From NCBI GenBank assembly GCA_938091905.1, contig CALKOM010000043.1, positions 1 through 55,423 on the forward strand: 55,423 nucleotides of DNA. The letters run 5' to 3'. Below the pieces are notes generated by a model. It was not told where the DNA came from, did no database searches, and saw only the letters and a program-made list of their open reading frames with translations. Position numbers and translations under genes: made by a program. Each line of letters begins with the position of its first letter. Within the stretch, counting starts at the first letter, position 1. Positions 27,386 to 38,800 of this stretch are shown in pieces. This stretch comes from an uncultured Verrucomicrobiales bacterium (GTDB lineage: Bacteria; Verrucomicrobiota; Verrucomicrobiia; Verrucomicrobiales; DEV007).

Positions 27386-28258
27386 CTAGAAGGCGAATCG
27401 TAGGCCGAGGAAGGCCATATAGGCTTGGTCGAACTCGATTTCAGCTTCCGCACCACCGCTGCCAACTTCAAAGTCTGTCAGATACTGATAGCGGACACCA
27501 CCATACAGGCTCCAGTTCCGGGTGATGTCATAGCCCACTGTGAAGTCGATATAACCACCGAAGACAAAGTCACTATCATCGTCATTGAGATCTGCAAAGT
27601 TGAACGGCCCGCTCAATGTGTAGTCAGCCTCGATGTAGGCTGCCGATAAACCAGCACCAAACTTGGCATAGAGGCGGTCCGTGAGGTAACTTTCCTTAAA
27701 GAGGCCCACGTCGACACGCCACATGTCCGCATCGAGCTCATTGTTGATGCTCCCGGTATTAATGAAGCCACCGTCGTCTTGTCCGAAGACGTCAACGCCA
27801 ACCGTGTCTTTGAAACCAAACTCATTCAAGCCAACACCGATGTGGATTCCCCACATCTCATTCACACCATCGACAGCGATATTGGACTCACCGAGAATGC
27901 GCTCGTAGAAGATGTCGCCACCGAGAGCACCGTTTTCTTCGTCAGAGCTGCGAGTGCCAACCGTCGTGACGCTTTCCGGCCCTTCATCGACGTCAGCCAC
28001 AATGTTGTTTCCCGTAAAGGCACCCGAAATAAACTTTGCTTTCACGCCAAAAGCGATGCCGCCATGCACGCCGAAACGGTTCTTCGGATTGCGCCCTTCA
28101 TTCTGGGCGATTTCAGACTCGGCAATTTCATACTGCTCTTCAGGGATCTCGGTGGGCTCCGAATCCCAAGGATTGCCGGCTTGAGCAAGTATCAGGCTAG
28201 CGAGAGTAAGCGTGCCCGCCAAGAAGGCGCCACGAAGGAGGATTTCAGAGTTAGCCAT
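27386..28258 (-). CDS. Outer membrane beta-barrel protein
   Basis: Signal peptide; alternating beta-strand pattern; C-terminal aromatic signature LGLRFAF. Confidence 0.75.
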   Translation of the reverse strand: MANSEILLRGAFLAGTLTLASLILAQAGNPWDSEPTEIPEEQYEIAESEIAQNEGRNPKNRFGVHGGIAFGVKAKFISGAFTGNNIVADVDEGPESVTTVGTRSSDEENGALGGDIFYERILGESNIAVDGVNEMWGIHIGVGLNEFGFKDTVGVDVFGQDDGGFINTGSINNELDADMWRVDVGLFKESYLTDRLYAKFGAGLSAAYIEADYTLSGPFNFADLNDDDSDFVFGGYIDFTVGYDITRNWSLYGGVRYQYLTDFEVGSGGAEAEIEFDQAYMAFLGLRFAF

Positions 28259-28445
28259 TGTCGCAAATTATTAATTCCACTCAATAAATCATTTTTTTCA
28301 TAATTTTCAAGTATTTGGACCTGACAATAGTTTGCAAACTAGGATGATCACGGTATGCGATCTTCTGCGACTCGACCGAGAGAAGAATACCAATCGCTGA
28401 GACCTTGAGGATCCGGTCGAGAACAGAGATGACCCGAGAGCGTGC

Positions 28446-30059
28446 TTACTCCGCAACCAAAGCGGCACGCTCGTTGTCGAGGGCGCCGGATTTCTCCAAG
28501 AAGTAGTCATAGTCACTCGGATACGAGTGAATTTGCCCCTTCGACACGTGGAGCACCTTCGTGGCCAACTTCCGAATGAAGTGCACATCGTGCGAGATGA
28601 AAACCAACGTGCCTTCATAACGCTGAAGCGCAATGATGAGGGACGCGACGCTCAGAATGTCCAAATGAGTGGTCGGCTCATCCATGAGCAGGAGGTTTGG
28701 CGGATCGACGAGGAACTTCACAAGATTGAGGCGGCTCTTTTCTCCGCCGCTCAGCACGGAAGTCTTCTTGTAAATATCTTCTTTGCGGAAAAGGAATGAT
28801 CCGAGAATCCCTCTTACCTGATCTTCGCGATATTCAGGCGGCGCACATTTGAGCACTTCCTCAACAACGGTGTTGTTCGGATCCAGCTGATCCCCCCGAT
28901 GCTGAGAGAAATAGCCGATCTTCGCATTGTGCCCAAGTTTGCGTTCGCCTTCCTGACAAACAAGTTCTCCCGCAAGAATCTTAAGCAGGGTCGACTTACC
29001 AGCTCCGTTTGGCCCCACAAGCACCGTGCGCTCACCTCGCTCGACTAACAGATCCACTCCTTGATAGACCTTGTGATCACCATATGCGAAGTGGATGCCT
29101 GAAATCGCGATGGCCTGCTGACCACCGCGCTCAGGTTGAGGAAATCGAAAGGCGAACGGCTTCTTCGGCCGGCGAGGTTTCTCGATCAAGTCCATCTTTT
29201 CGATCTGCTTCAACTTGCTCTGAGCTTGCGAAGCTTTCGAAGCGACCGATCGGAACTTGTTGGCGAAGTCCTGCAGCGCCTTAATCTCTTTCTGCTGGTT
29301 CTTATAAGCGTTGTGATGTTGCTGGAAATTCTCCTCCCGCTTCTTCTCGTAGTCAGAGTAGTTTCCCTTGTATGGAATCAGCTTTGGATTATCGATCTCG
29401 AAAACCTTCTGCGTCAGTTCGTCAAGGAACTGACGGTCGTGCGAAATCATTAGAATCGCGCCAGAGTAATCTTTTAAATAGTCCTGGAACCACAATAGTG
29501 ACAGCAAGTCCAAATGGTTTGTCGGCTCATCCAGCATAAGTAGATCAGGCTCCATCGCCAGCAAGCGCGCGAGGTGCGCTCGCATGATCCAACCACCACT
29601 CATTTCCTTTGCCTGACGATCAAAGTCCTCTTCTGGGTAGCCCAGGCCTCTAAGCATCTTCTTCGCCTTGGCCTCTGTCTGCGGGTCATTCAAGATGTCA
29701 TACTTAGCCTGGGCCTCCATGTATTCTGCCCCGTCGAGATCCCCTTCCTCCTCAAGCCTGCGGAGTGCCGCCTCAAGCTTCTCCAACTCTCCCGCACGGC
29801 CAGTAGCCACTTCCAAAACGGTTTCATCACCTATCGCTTCGCTCTCTTGGGGAAGGTAGCCAATCGTCGTCCACGCATCCCTGTCCACCTTGCCTTTATC
29901 AGGATCCTCTGTATTCAGGATGATGTTAAAGAGGGTGGACTTACCAGCACCGTTGGGACCAACAAGCGCAACCCGCTCGCTGTAATTGACCTGCATCTGG
30001 GCGTCTTCGAACAGTATTCGACCGCCAAAGGATTTAGTAAGTTTCCGTATTGTGAGCAT
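28446..30059 (-). CDS. ABC-F family ATP-binding protein
   Basis: Two ABC domains (GPNGAGKST twice, SGGW/SGGE, DEPT twice), no TM segments. Confidence 0.96.
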   Translation of the reverse strand: MLTIRKLTKSFGGRILFEDAQMQVNYSERVALVGPNGAGKSTLFNIILNTEDPDKGKVDRDAWTTIGYLPQESEAIGDETVLEVATGRAGELEKLEAALRRLEEEGDLDGAEYMEAQAKYDILNDPQTEAKAKKMLRGLGYPEEDFDRQAKEMSGGWIMRAHLARLLAMEPDLLMLDEPTNHLDLLSLLWFQDYLKDYSGAILMISHDRQFLDELTQKVFEIDNPKLIPYKGNYSDYEKKREENFQQHHNAYKNQQKEIKALQDFANKFRSVASKASQAQSKLKQIEKMDLIEKPRRPKKPFAFRFPQPERGGQQAIAISGIHFAYGDHKVYQGVDLLVERGERTVLVGPNGAGKSTLLKILAGELVCQEGERKLGHNAKIGYFSQHRGDQLDPNNTVVEEVLKCAPPEYREDQVRGILGSFLFRKEDIYKKTSVLSGGEKSRLNLVKFLVDPPNLLLMDEPTTHLDILSVASLIIALQRYEGTLVFISHDVHFIRKLATKVLHVSKGQIHSYPSDYDYFLEKSGALDNERAALVAE

Positions 30060-30246
30060 AGCTAGGCGATTGGGAGCAGCAGAATGGAGAGCATTTCCGA
30101 AATGTCACGGACTGATCCCGCCGAGCTGCGGTCTCTTTCCGAAATTTGCGCAGCCGATAACCAACTTCTGCTACGCTTGGCAAGACTAAAGTTTGGCACG
30201 GGTGTTCTTCCAGAGACGTAAGGTCCCCAGAGACTGCGCCGCACCG

Positions 30247-31722
30247 ATGAAAATCACATCCTACTTGAAAAAGACTCTAGAAAATTCACGCTCACGTTGG
30301 GCAACTCTTATTGGGGCCGGAGTTCTATTGGGACTCTCTTATCTTTTTGGTTCAGGACATGGGACGGATACCCCCGAGGATACAGTTACAGTCCTCGAAG
30401 CTGGGCGAGCAGACTTTGTCGTCAGCGTCAAGGAAAGCGGCACTTTGGAGGCAGTCAACCAGACCACCATTCGCAATGAAGTAAACGGTTCAAGTCGGAT
30501 CATCTATCTCGTTCCGCAAGGGACTCAGGTCAAAGAAGGTGATCTGTTGGTAGAACTTGATTCTTCTGAACAAGAGAAGCGTTTGGAGCGCCGTCGTCTA
30601 TCCTACGAGAGTCGACAAGCAGCACTGGCGGCTGCAGAGAGCCGTTTGGTTATCGTCAAGAGTGATGCCGAGAGCGACGTTAGAAAAGCCCAGCTCAAGG
30701 TAGATTTCGCGCGGATGGACATGGAAAAGTTTGAGAGTCTAGAGAAAGACCATCTTTTGCGCGAAGCCAAACTTTCCGTTCTCCTCGCACAAGAAAAGTT
30801 GAGCATCTCCGAGCAGCGCTACTCTAATTCGAAAAAGCTGGCAGACGCGGGCTTTGAAACTTCTTCTATCGTGAGTCGAGACAAGCTATCTGTAACTGCG
30901 GGTTCGGCTAGGCTCGAAAAGGCGCGGAACAGTGAGAAGTCAACTAGACGCTTTGATGCGGTGAAGCGGTATCGTAAGCTTGCCGCGGACCTCGTAGAAA
31001 CGCAGACAGAGCTTATGCGCAGGAAAAAGGAAGCAGATCGCCGTCTCGTGCAGGCCCAAGCAAGGTTAAGTAGTGCCTCCGCCTCTCTAGACGTCGCCAA
31101 GCTCGCCCTCGCAGATGCGGCGATCCAGGTCAACGCTTCCAAGATGTATGCGCCCCATGAAGGAATGGTTGTCTATGGGGGATCCAGTAGTCGTGCCAGC
31201 CGCGAGTCAATGATTGAGGAGGGAGCTGTAGTGAGGAATCGGCAGGAACTTATCACCATCCCTGACACCTCCGCTATGAAGATCGCAGTGAAGATCCATG
31301 AAACGATGGCTAGCGATGTAGAGGTCGGTCAGGAAGCTTTCGTCACACTCGACGCCACCCCTGACATTGTATACAAGGGTCGTGTTAGTCACGTGTCTCT
31401 CTTCCCAGACAGACGAAGCTTCTGGAGTTCCTCCAAGTCTCTTGTCTACGGCGCAGAGATCACTCTAACCAACGCTGGTGAAACCATTAATCCAGGAGCT
31501 TCTGGCAAGGTGCAAATCGTCGTTCACTACCTTGAAGATGCGCTCACCGTCCCCATCAATGCTGTCAACACGATAGAGGGTGAGCAGATCGTCGAGGTCC
31601 AAGTTTCTAAGCGCAAGACGGAGACTCGGCCCGTAGAAATTGGTATCGTTAATGAACGGCGTGTTCAAGTCCTTGCCGGCATCAAGGAAGGTGATCTCGT
31701 CGTCGTGCGGAAGGCTGGCTAG
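30247..31722 (+). CDS. Efflux RND/ABC periplasmic adaptor (membrane fusion protein)
   Basis: N-terminal TM; VKEGDLLVELD lipoyl half-motif; long coiled coil; APHEGMVVY; LTVPINAV. Confidence 0.88.
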   Translation: MKITSYLKKTLENSRSRWATLIGAGVLLGLSYLFGSGHGTDTPEDTVTVLEAGRADFVVSVKESGTLEAVNQTTIRNEVNGSSRIIYLVPQGTQVKEGDLLVELDSSEQEKRLERRRLSYESRQAALAAAESRLVIVKSDAESDVRKAQLKVDFARMDMEKFESLEKDHLLREAKLSVLLAQEKLSISEQRYSNSKKLADAGFETSSIVSRDKLSVTAGSARLEKARNSEKSTRRFDAVKRYRKLAADLVETQTELMRRKKEADRRLVQAQARLSSASASLDVAKLALADAAIQVNASKMYAPHEGMVVYGGSSSRASRESMIEEGAVVRNRQELITIPDTSAMKIAVKIHETMASDVEVGQEAFVTLDATPDIVYKGRVSHVSLFPDRRSFWSSSKSLVYGAEITLTNAGETINPGASGKVQIVVHYLEDALTVPINAVNTIEGEQIVEVQVSKRKTETRPVEIGIVNERRVQVLAGIKEGDLVVVRKAG

Positions 31723-31752
31723 CCCTTAAAATCTGTGTATCAATGCAGGTGA

Positions 31753-32784
31753 ATGAGCATCGATCACTACGCCTTTGCTAGCGACAACACCTCCGGCATT
31801 TGTCCAGAGGCGTGGGCTACGATAGAAGAGGCCAACACCGCAGGCGTCGGCTCCTACGGTGCAGACCCTTACACAGAAGAAGCCTGCCAACTTCTGTGCA
31901 CTCTTTTTGAAAGGGAAGTCGACGTCTATTTCGTATTCAACGGAACGGCGGCAAATTCACTGTCTCTTTCTGCTCTCTGCAAAAGCTACCATGCCATCAT
32001 AGCCCACGAAAAGTCCCATATCCACACCGACGAATGCGGCGGGCCGGAACACTTCACCGGCGGCTCAAAGATTCTGCCCTGCTCTGGCAAACACGCCAAA
32101 CTGACCACGGCTGAGATCGACCGCGTGGTCACGAACCGTCGCGATCTGCACTTTCCCAAACCGAAAGCAATTAGCATCACCCAATGCACGGAGTTTGGCA
32201 CCACCTATTCTGTCGACGAGCTTCGTACGCTGACAGAGTGCGCACGTAGTCATCGTCTCCACGTGCACCTCGATGGCGCAAGGTTTAGCAATGCTGTCGC
32301 CAGCTTGGGTGTGTCACCTGCGGAAACCACATGGAAGGCTGGCGTGGACGTCATGAGCTTCGGCCTTACCAAACTAGGCGTCGGCGTAGGTGAAGCCGTG
32401 GTTTTCTTTGATCGAGACCTGGCCGAAGAGTTTGATTATCGATGCAAGCAAGCGGGCCAGCTCGCCTCCAAGATGCGATTCCTCACCGCTGGCTGGTGCG
32501 GACTTCTCCGGAACGATGCCTGGATCGAAATTGCCAGACGCGCCAATGCGCACGCCCAGATTCTGCGCGAACAACTTTCCGATGTCCCAGGCGTCGACCT
32601 GCTCTTCCCAACTCAAGCCAACGCTGTTTTCGCACGTTTCCCACAGCAGGTGAACGCGGCGATGGCTTCCAAAGGCTGGCATTACTACGAACTCGCAGGG
32701 ATCGGTGACTCTCGCCTCATGTGCTCGTGGGCCACTCGCAAAGAAGACATCTTCGCCTTCGTCAACGATCTCCGTCAGTGCTAA
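31753..32784 (+). CDS. ltaE: Low-specificity L-threonine aldolase
   Basis: FASDN, FNGTAAN, HLDGARF, SFGLTK, KQAGQLASKMRF. Confidence 0.92.
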   Translation: MSIDHYAFASDNTSGICPEAWATIEEANTAGVGSYGADPYTEEACQLLCTLFEREVDVYFVFNGTAANSLSLSALCKSYHAIIAHEKSHIHTDECGGPEHFTGGSKILPCSGKHAKLTTAEIDRVVTNRRDLHFPKPKAISITQCTEFGTTYSVDELRTLTECARSHRLHVHLDGARFSNAVASLGVSPAETTWKAGVDVMSFGLTKLGVGVGEAVVFFDRDLAEEFDYRCKQAGQLASKMRFLTAGWCGLLRNDAWIEIARRANAHAQILREQLSDVPGVDLLFPTQANAVFARFPQQVNAAMASKGWHYYELAGIGDSRLMCSWATRKEDIFAFVNDLRQC

Positions 32785-32833
32785 CCTACGACGCCTTTGC
32801 ACCAATCCCGTCATTCCCTTTTCTCCCAACACG

Positions 32834-33859
32834 ATGAGCACCTACACCCCTGACCCCAACCGCTACGATGGACGTATGCCTTACCGCCGCGCTGGGCGCT
32901 GGGGACTACAGCTTCCAGAGATTACGTTAGGCTGCTGGCACAACTTTGGCGGTGATGCGCCCACTGAATTGCAACGGGAGATGCTCACCACCGCATTTGA
33001 CTGCGGCATCACACAATTCGATCTCGCAAACAACTATGGTCCCCCCTACGGAAGCGCCGAAGAGAATGTGGGAAAACATCTAAAAGAGTTCCCGCGTGAC
33101 GAGCTCATCATCACTAGCAAAGCAGGATACGACATGTGGCCTGGTCCTTACGGCGAATGGGGCACACGCAAATATGTCCTCGCCAGTCTCGATCAATCTC
33201 TAAAGCGCCTCGACCTCGACTACGTCGACATCTTCTACAGTCATCGTTTCGATCCGGACACCCCGCTCGAGGAGACGCTAAGCGCCCTCAATACAGCTAT
33301 CGAACAAGGCAAGGCTCTCTACGTCGGCATCAGCAGCTACAGTAGTAGGCAAACACTTGAAGCAGTAAGGATTTGCCAGGAGAATTCCTGGGCACCACTA
33401 ATCATTAATCAACCGAATTACTCCATGCTCAACCGCTGGATCGAAGACAGCCTCATCGATACCTGCGGCGAACTCGGTCTAGGTATCATTGCCTTCTGCC
33501 CACTCTACCAAGGCCTGCTTACTGACAAATACCTTAATGGTATTCCCACAGGCTCACGCGCTTCACTCCCAGGCTCTCCATTACGTCCAGAGGAAGTTGC
33601 AGAACAGGTCGTCAACGGCATCCGGGCACTCAACGACCACGCTCAAGAACGCGGCCAAACCCTCGCGCAAATGGCTCTTTCCTGGGTTCTTCGCCACCCG
33701 GGGGTAACCAGCGCGCTCATTGGAGCCAGCCAGCCAGAGCAAATACGTGATAATATAAAGGCAGTCGAGAACACCGACTTCACCAGCGAAGAACTGACAA
33801 AGCTAGACGGCATTCTCAATTCTATTCAGCTGCCTTCATCGCTTTGGACAGGCGAGTAA
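32834..33859 (+). CDS. Aldo/keto reductase (L-glyceraldehyde 3-phosphate reductase-like)
   Basis: LGCWHNFG, FDLANNYGPPYGSAE, SKAGYDMWPGPYG, YVDIFYSHR. Confidence 0.93.
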   Translation: MSTYTPDPNRYDGRMPYRRAGRWGLQLPEITLGCWHNFGGDAPTELQREMLTTAFDCGITQFDLANNYGPPYGSAEENVGKHLKEFPRDELIITSKAGYDMWPGPYGEWGTRKYVLASLDQSLKRLDLDYVDIFYSHRFDPDTPLEETLSALNTAIEQGKALYVGISSYSSRQTLEAVRICQENSWAPLIINQPNYSMLNRWIEDSLIDTCGELGLGIIAFCPLYQGLLTDKYLNGIPTGSRASLPGSPLRPEEVAEQVVNGIRALNDHAQERGQTLAQMALSWVLRHPGVTSALIGASQPEQIRDNIKAVENTDFTSEELTKLDGILNSIQLPSSLWTGE

Positions 33860-34406
33860 AAAACTTCTGCAAAGCGATAAGGTCCAGCAAGCTACTCAAT
33901 GCTCGCTCAAAGTACACCTTCGGTTCCAACCATCCACCGTCGATCTCCCCGTCATTTCTGATCAGCCAAGCAAGCCTCTGCTGCGGAGAGTCAAACTGAG
34001 CATCCACGCCATCCTTGTTTCCTCGCGGATCCACGCGATGCCATCCGTGATCAGGTAGATACACCGCATTTAAACCATGCAGCGTGTGCGCCCCACCAGG
34101 TGCATCAAAGCATAGGCGCTGATAGCCAAAGCCTGATGGAATCTCGTGGAATCGAGGTAACGCGGCCAAGAGATGAATTCTAGCAAAGCACCATCCGTTC
34201 CCAGTAGCCAGTATTTGCGAAGGCGAGCATGCGCCCCCCGGTAATCGCTTGTCGCCACTACGCCCAATCTTGTCGCGCACCCATTCAAAACATGTCCGCA
34301 CAACCTCATCGACGCCAGAGCGATCACGGCCAAGTAATTCAGCCTGCGATCTTATATAAGGACAATGCCAGTAAATGACTGATGATGATCTCAGAAACGC
34401 CTCCAT
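33822..34406 (-). pseudogene. Transglutaminase-like family gene, probably degenerate
   Basis: CFEWVRD, GWCFARIHLL (family usually CYAKSHLL), GYQRL, LHGLNAVYL, DPRGNK; aberrant C-terminus overlaps the convergent AKR gene. Confidence 0.65.
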
Positions 34407-34421
34407 AAGCGAGGATCTCGG

Positions 34422-34850
34422 TTAGGCTTCAGTATCGTCTGCCTCCAACCGCTTACCCATGCTCAACACGTTTTCAGTCGAAAAACCTCGCCGAGAATAA
34501 AACTGGATGACACCTGCATTGGAAGCGCGAACCTGGTGGTTAATCTTAGCGCAGCCTCGATCTCGCCACAAACTCTTAGCAGCAGCCATCAACTCCGTGG
34601 CATACCCGCACGGCTGAAAGCGCGGATGGACTGCCAAGTAGTAAATCTAGCCTCGGTGCCCCTCATAACCGGCCATGGATGATACAACAAGTTCGCCCTC
34701 AACCTCGCTAACAAGAAATAATTCTGGGCTATCCTGAACCTTTCGAATGATGTCCTTCCTGGGATCATTACTCGGCACGACTAGTCCACAAAACTGCCAG
34801 AATTCAATTAAAGCGGGCTCATCTGTCTGCTGATATGGCCGAGTGCGCAT
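34422..34850 (-). pseudogene. GNAT acetyltransferase (YpeA-like) with in-frame TAG
   Basis: Reads ...MAGYEGHRG*IYYLAVHP...; TAG at 34647-34649 replaces the usual Trp codon. Confidence 0.85.
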
Positions 34851-34855
34851 CTTAA

Positions 34856-35361
34856 CTACTGCACCAGTGTCACACGCATTGCTTCCGCTTCTTTCTCCGG
34901 CATCGAATCAAGCAGCGGGGTAATGGTAAAACCTTCTTGAATCATCCTCCTCTGCGTAAACATCCAATCACTGATTTCCTCTCGACCGATTGACCAACTT
35001 TCGCCCATCTGGACGTTCCCCACCAGCCCTGGCTCATTCGCTATGACCCCTTTAAACATCGCTTTTTCCAGTAGTACATCATTCAGCCAGAAATTCTTTG
35101 TCAAGAACCCATCTACAATGGGTGCTTGACAGAGAATGAGTCGGCACCTCCAGCATCTATCACTTTAAAAACCCACTGAGGAGCCGATCCAGTAGACACT
35201 CCTTGGCCAAGCATGATGCTAGACCCGTCTCGCGAGACTGAGCAGATCTAACTTCCCTCCCCAGTCCAGGACAAACCCCAGGTGTTCCATATAAAACGCG
35301 ATACTCAACTCCAGATTCCTTACCTCAAATAATGGAATTACACATTCGACTCGGCTACTCA
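34856..35361 (-). pseudogene. Degraded glyoxalase/VOC N-terminal fragment joined to a DUF2314 (YegJ-like) fragment
   Basis: VIPLFEVRNLELSIAFYMEHLGF (VOC); after frameshifts FSVK..PIVDG..NFWLNDV...IANEP...EISDWMF (DUF2314-like). Confidence 0.6.
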
Positions 35362-35796
35362 TCATCTTGCGCTCAAGAACGCCTTCAAACTCTCCTGCAG
35401 AAAGTAACTCCATCCAGCAATTCCATTCTCTCGACTAAACACCGAATGGCCCTGGAACGTCTCCTGGCCCGTTTGAGTCAGCGTTAGTTTTGTGACGTCC
35501 CCTTCCTCAGATAAGTCCCAAGTGACCACGGAATCTCCAGGATAACCGCCATAACCCCATTCATAGGCAATGCGCTTCTCTCGATCCACGTCTATCACCT
35601 TCCACTGGTGCAAAAAGTCAGTGCCCTCGCAATGAACAGTGAACTGCGTTTCAAAGCCAACCTTGGGCTCAAACTAGGTCATTTGCTCAAAAAACCATTG
35701 CCGCATCTGATCCTTCTCAGTCATTGCTCGCCACACATCGGCCAGAGAGGCGCTGTACCGTTGTTCAACAACGATTGGATCAGACTCAGTAGCCAT
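35362..35796 (-). pseudogene. SRPBCC/AHSA1 domain gene with in-frame TAG
   Basis: MATESDPIVVEQRYSASLADVWRAMTEKDQMRQWFFEQMT*FEPKVGFETQF...; TAG at 35674-35676. Confidence 0.8.
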
Positions 35797-35817
35797 GGGT
35801 AAGGGAAAATAGAACGG

Positions 35818-38800
35818 CTACTGCTTGAACATTGGATTCGTCTTATCCCCCATACTAAGCGTGTAGGCGACGAGGTCCATGATCTCCTCCTTCGTCAGCA
35901 TCATGAGAAGACCCGGGGGCATCAGCGACACCTTACTTGGCTCGATGCTTTTCACGGTTTTGCGATCCACGTTCGAACGCTGGTTTGGATCACTAAGATC
36001 GGTATTCAGTGTGATATTATCACCACTCAAGTTCACCACCACGCCCGAGAGCACGTCTCCGTTTTCACGAGTGACGATGATGGGAGCGAACTGCTCGTTG
36101 ATTTCTTTGCTAGGATTAATGATCTGGTCGAGCAAGTCATGTGGACTGTAACGCCCACCAGCTCCAGTTAGGTCTGGGCCCGTCATCCCACCGGCATTGC
36201 CAAAGCGATGACACGCAAAGCAAGCGCCTGCTCCAAACATCTTTCGTCCATTGTCGAAGTCTCGATTCTGTAGACCGGTCGACGTTGCTGCGCTCAGCTC
36301 ATCAAGAGTCCATGCTTTGGGAGTGCGTCCGGCAAAGATCTCACCAGAGAGTTCAATCGCACTCTTCTTGACGGGCTTCCTCTCGATCAGGGCGGCGAGA
36401 TCAGATTCCTCAGCATCCGTAAATGTAGCAAGCGAGTCATTGCGAATGAACTCAATGAACTTCGAGAAACTCGCACCCCCATTGTAGTTGGCAGCTTTGA
36501 GAAACCATTCGAGCTGCTGGGTGCGAAGCTCTTTTGTCCAACCGACCTTGAGATGGCGCAAGCTGCGAGCGTACTCGATCTGCGGCTCCTGGCTTTCCGC
36601 AGCAGCGATGAGGGCCATGCCTTTAGCCGCAGTGGCAGGAGCCTGCAGATAGGCCAGAGTCTCACAAAGCAACCAATTCAACTCAAACGAATCCGCCGGG
36701 AAACTCGGATCGAGTTGAGAGATGATGGCAGCAATAGTCGCCTCGTCTGGGTTTCCAAAACGATTCAGAACAATCTGCAGGATTCGGACATGAGCTAGAC
36801 GCTGCTCTTTCGTTAGCTTAGCAAAGTCGTGCTTGAGCATCGTAGACAGAAGCAAATCCCGCATTTCAGTATTCACGGTAGCCCCTTCTTCACGATGCGT
36901 TGGGCACACTCCAGTGATCCGAGTCAGAGCAAGAAGGGCTTCTAATTGACGCGTCGCATCTGGTTCAGCCAGTGCCTTGTCCTGCCACTCAGCAAGTGGC
37001 TGATGCTCCAGGGCCGTCCGTGCTGCCGCCCGGATAAAGCGGTCCGAGTGATTCAGATACGGCCAAACTGTGGCAACAGCTTTGGGATCTTGCTTGCCAT
37101 GAAACGCAGACAGACTAAGCCGCAGATCGCGTTGAGGAGTAGTCTTCGGCGTGAGATCGATCGGATCTGTACTTGCACTGCCCGTGTAGGTTACGCGGTA
37201 GAGCCCGGACTGCACACGTCTTCCACCGATGGCGAAATACATCGCTCCATCCTTATGGATGATCGCATCTGTGACAGGAAGTGGACCACCCGTGACAAAC
37301 TCTTCTTTCGTGCCAGTGTAAGTCGATCCATTAGGTTCGAGATGCACCGCGTAAATCTTGCCCCAACTCCAATCAATAGCATAGAAAGCGCTCTGGTACT
37401 TGGCAGGAAACTTGGCCCCGTATCCAAATGTCGTGCCGGTAGGAGAGCCTGGGCCGATGTTCAGCGTGGCCGGTAAGTTATCGACGTAGAATTCAGGATA
37501 CTTTCCGGTGCCATTACGCCAGCCAAACTCAGCGCCGCTGACGACGTGATTCACTCGTGTGGGACGATACCACGACGTGTTGAAGTCATACTCCATGTCT
37601 GCATCGTAAGTGAAAAGCTCACCATCGCTGTTCACACTCGCGTCATAGATGTTGCGGAAACCATTAGCAAAGATCTCAAACTCTTTCCCGTCTGGAGATA
37701 CCTTGTAGATAATGCCACCAGGAGCCATAACATGACGATTGTGGCCGCGACCATCCGGCATGCGCGGGAGGAGATGATCATCACCCCACAACTTTCGCAC
37801 CGGCGAGGCCTTCGTCGTTTCCGTGAGAATGGCATTGTTGCCACACACGAGATAAAGCCCCTGGCCATCTGGAGTGAGCACCACCGCATGGACACCATGA
37901 TCACTCTTGGAATCAATCGCCCGCAACAGTTCGACCTTGTCGAGTTGGTCGTCACCAGTGCTGTCGGTGAGACGATAAAGACCACTCTGCATTTTCTGCT
38001 CGTAGTCATTCACGCCAACATAGAGCGCACCAAATGCAAAGAGCATTCCGTTGATCGCACGGATCTCTGCAGGGACTTTATGGACATCCTCTTTCTTCAA
38101 GGTCTGCCCAGGCGCTGGCGGATTAAACCGATAGAGGCTACCATACTGGTCACTAGCATAGATACGCCCCTTCTCATCGCTGCAAAGATTGGCCCATGAT
38201 CCCTGCTCCAAGCCCGGCACCGAGTAAAGCAGCTCGACTTGAAAACCTTCCGGTGTACTAATGCGCTCAACAGGCGTCGCCTTATTCTCACCTATAGCTG
38301 GGCCGACCTCTGCAGGCCGCCGACGTCTAGACGCTGCTCTCGCACGACGAGGAGGCGCCTTGTTTTCGATGATCTGAGCGTCGCTTGGGATCGCCGACTT
38401 TGCGAATGAGACAACACCGCCCTCAGGAAGCTCTTTCAGGAACACGTCTTTGATCTGAACCGTCATGGCCGGACCTCGGTGAATTTGAAAAGCGAGTAAG
38501 CCTTCTAACGAACGGGCGTTCTCATCGAAGTCCAACAGCTCGCCAGTCACCTTGCCATCAATCTTGTGCGTCAGCCGATTCCCCTGAGCCACGATAGTAT
38601 AGTCGTGCCAGTCAGAGATCGGAACGTTCACGGTATCGCGCTCCGTTGTCAGCCAACGTTTCTTCTCAGGGTCGATGACGACACCTTGGCCATTGAGAGC
38701 AATGATGCCACGGCCGCGCTCCTCGTAGACCATCGCATTGTTCTCAGCTTTGGGATGAATATCACATTGGTAACCTCCCACGACCCACTTGCCATGATCC

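Noticed and set aside
28360..28440. Possible riboswitch or structured RNA (ctcgaccg/cggtcgag pairing) upstream of the beta-barrel gene
   Set aside because: Only one 8 bp stem and no riboswitch consensus that I recognise; an Rfam search would be needed.
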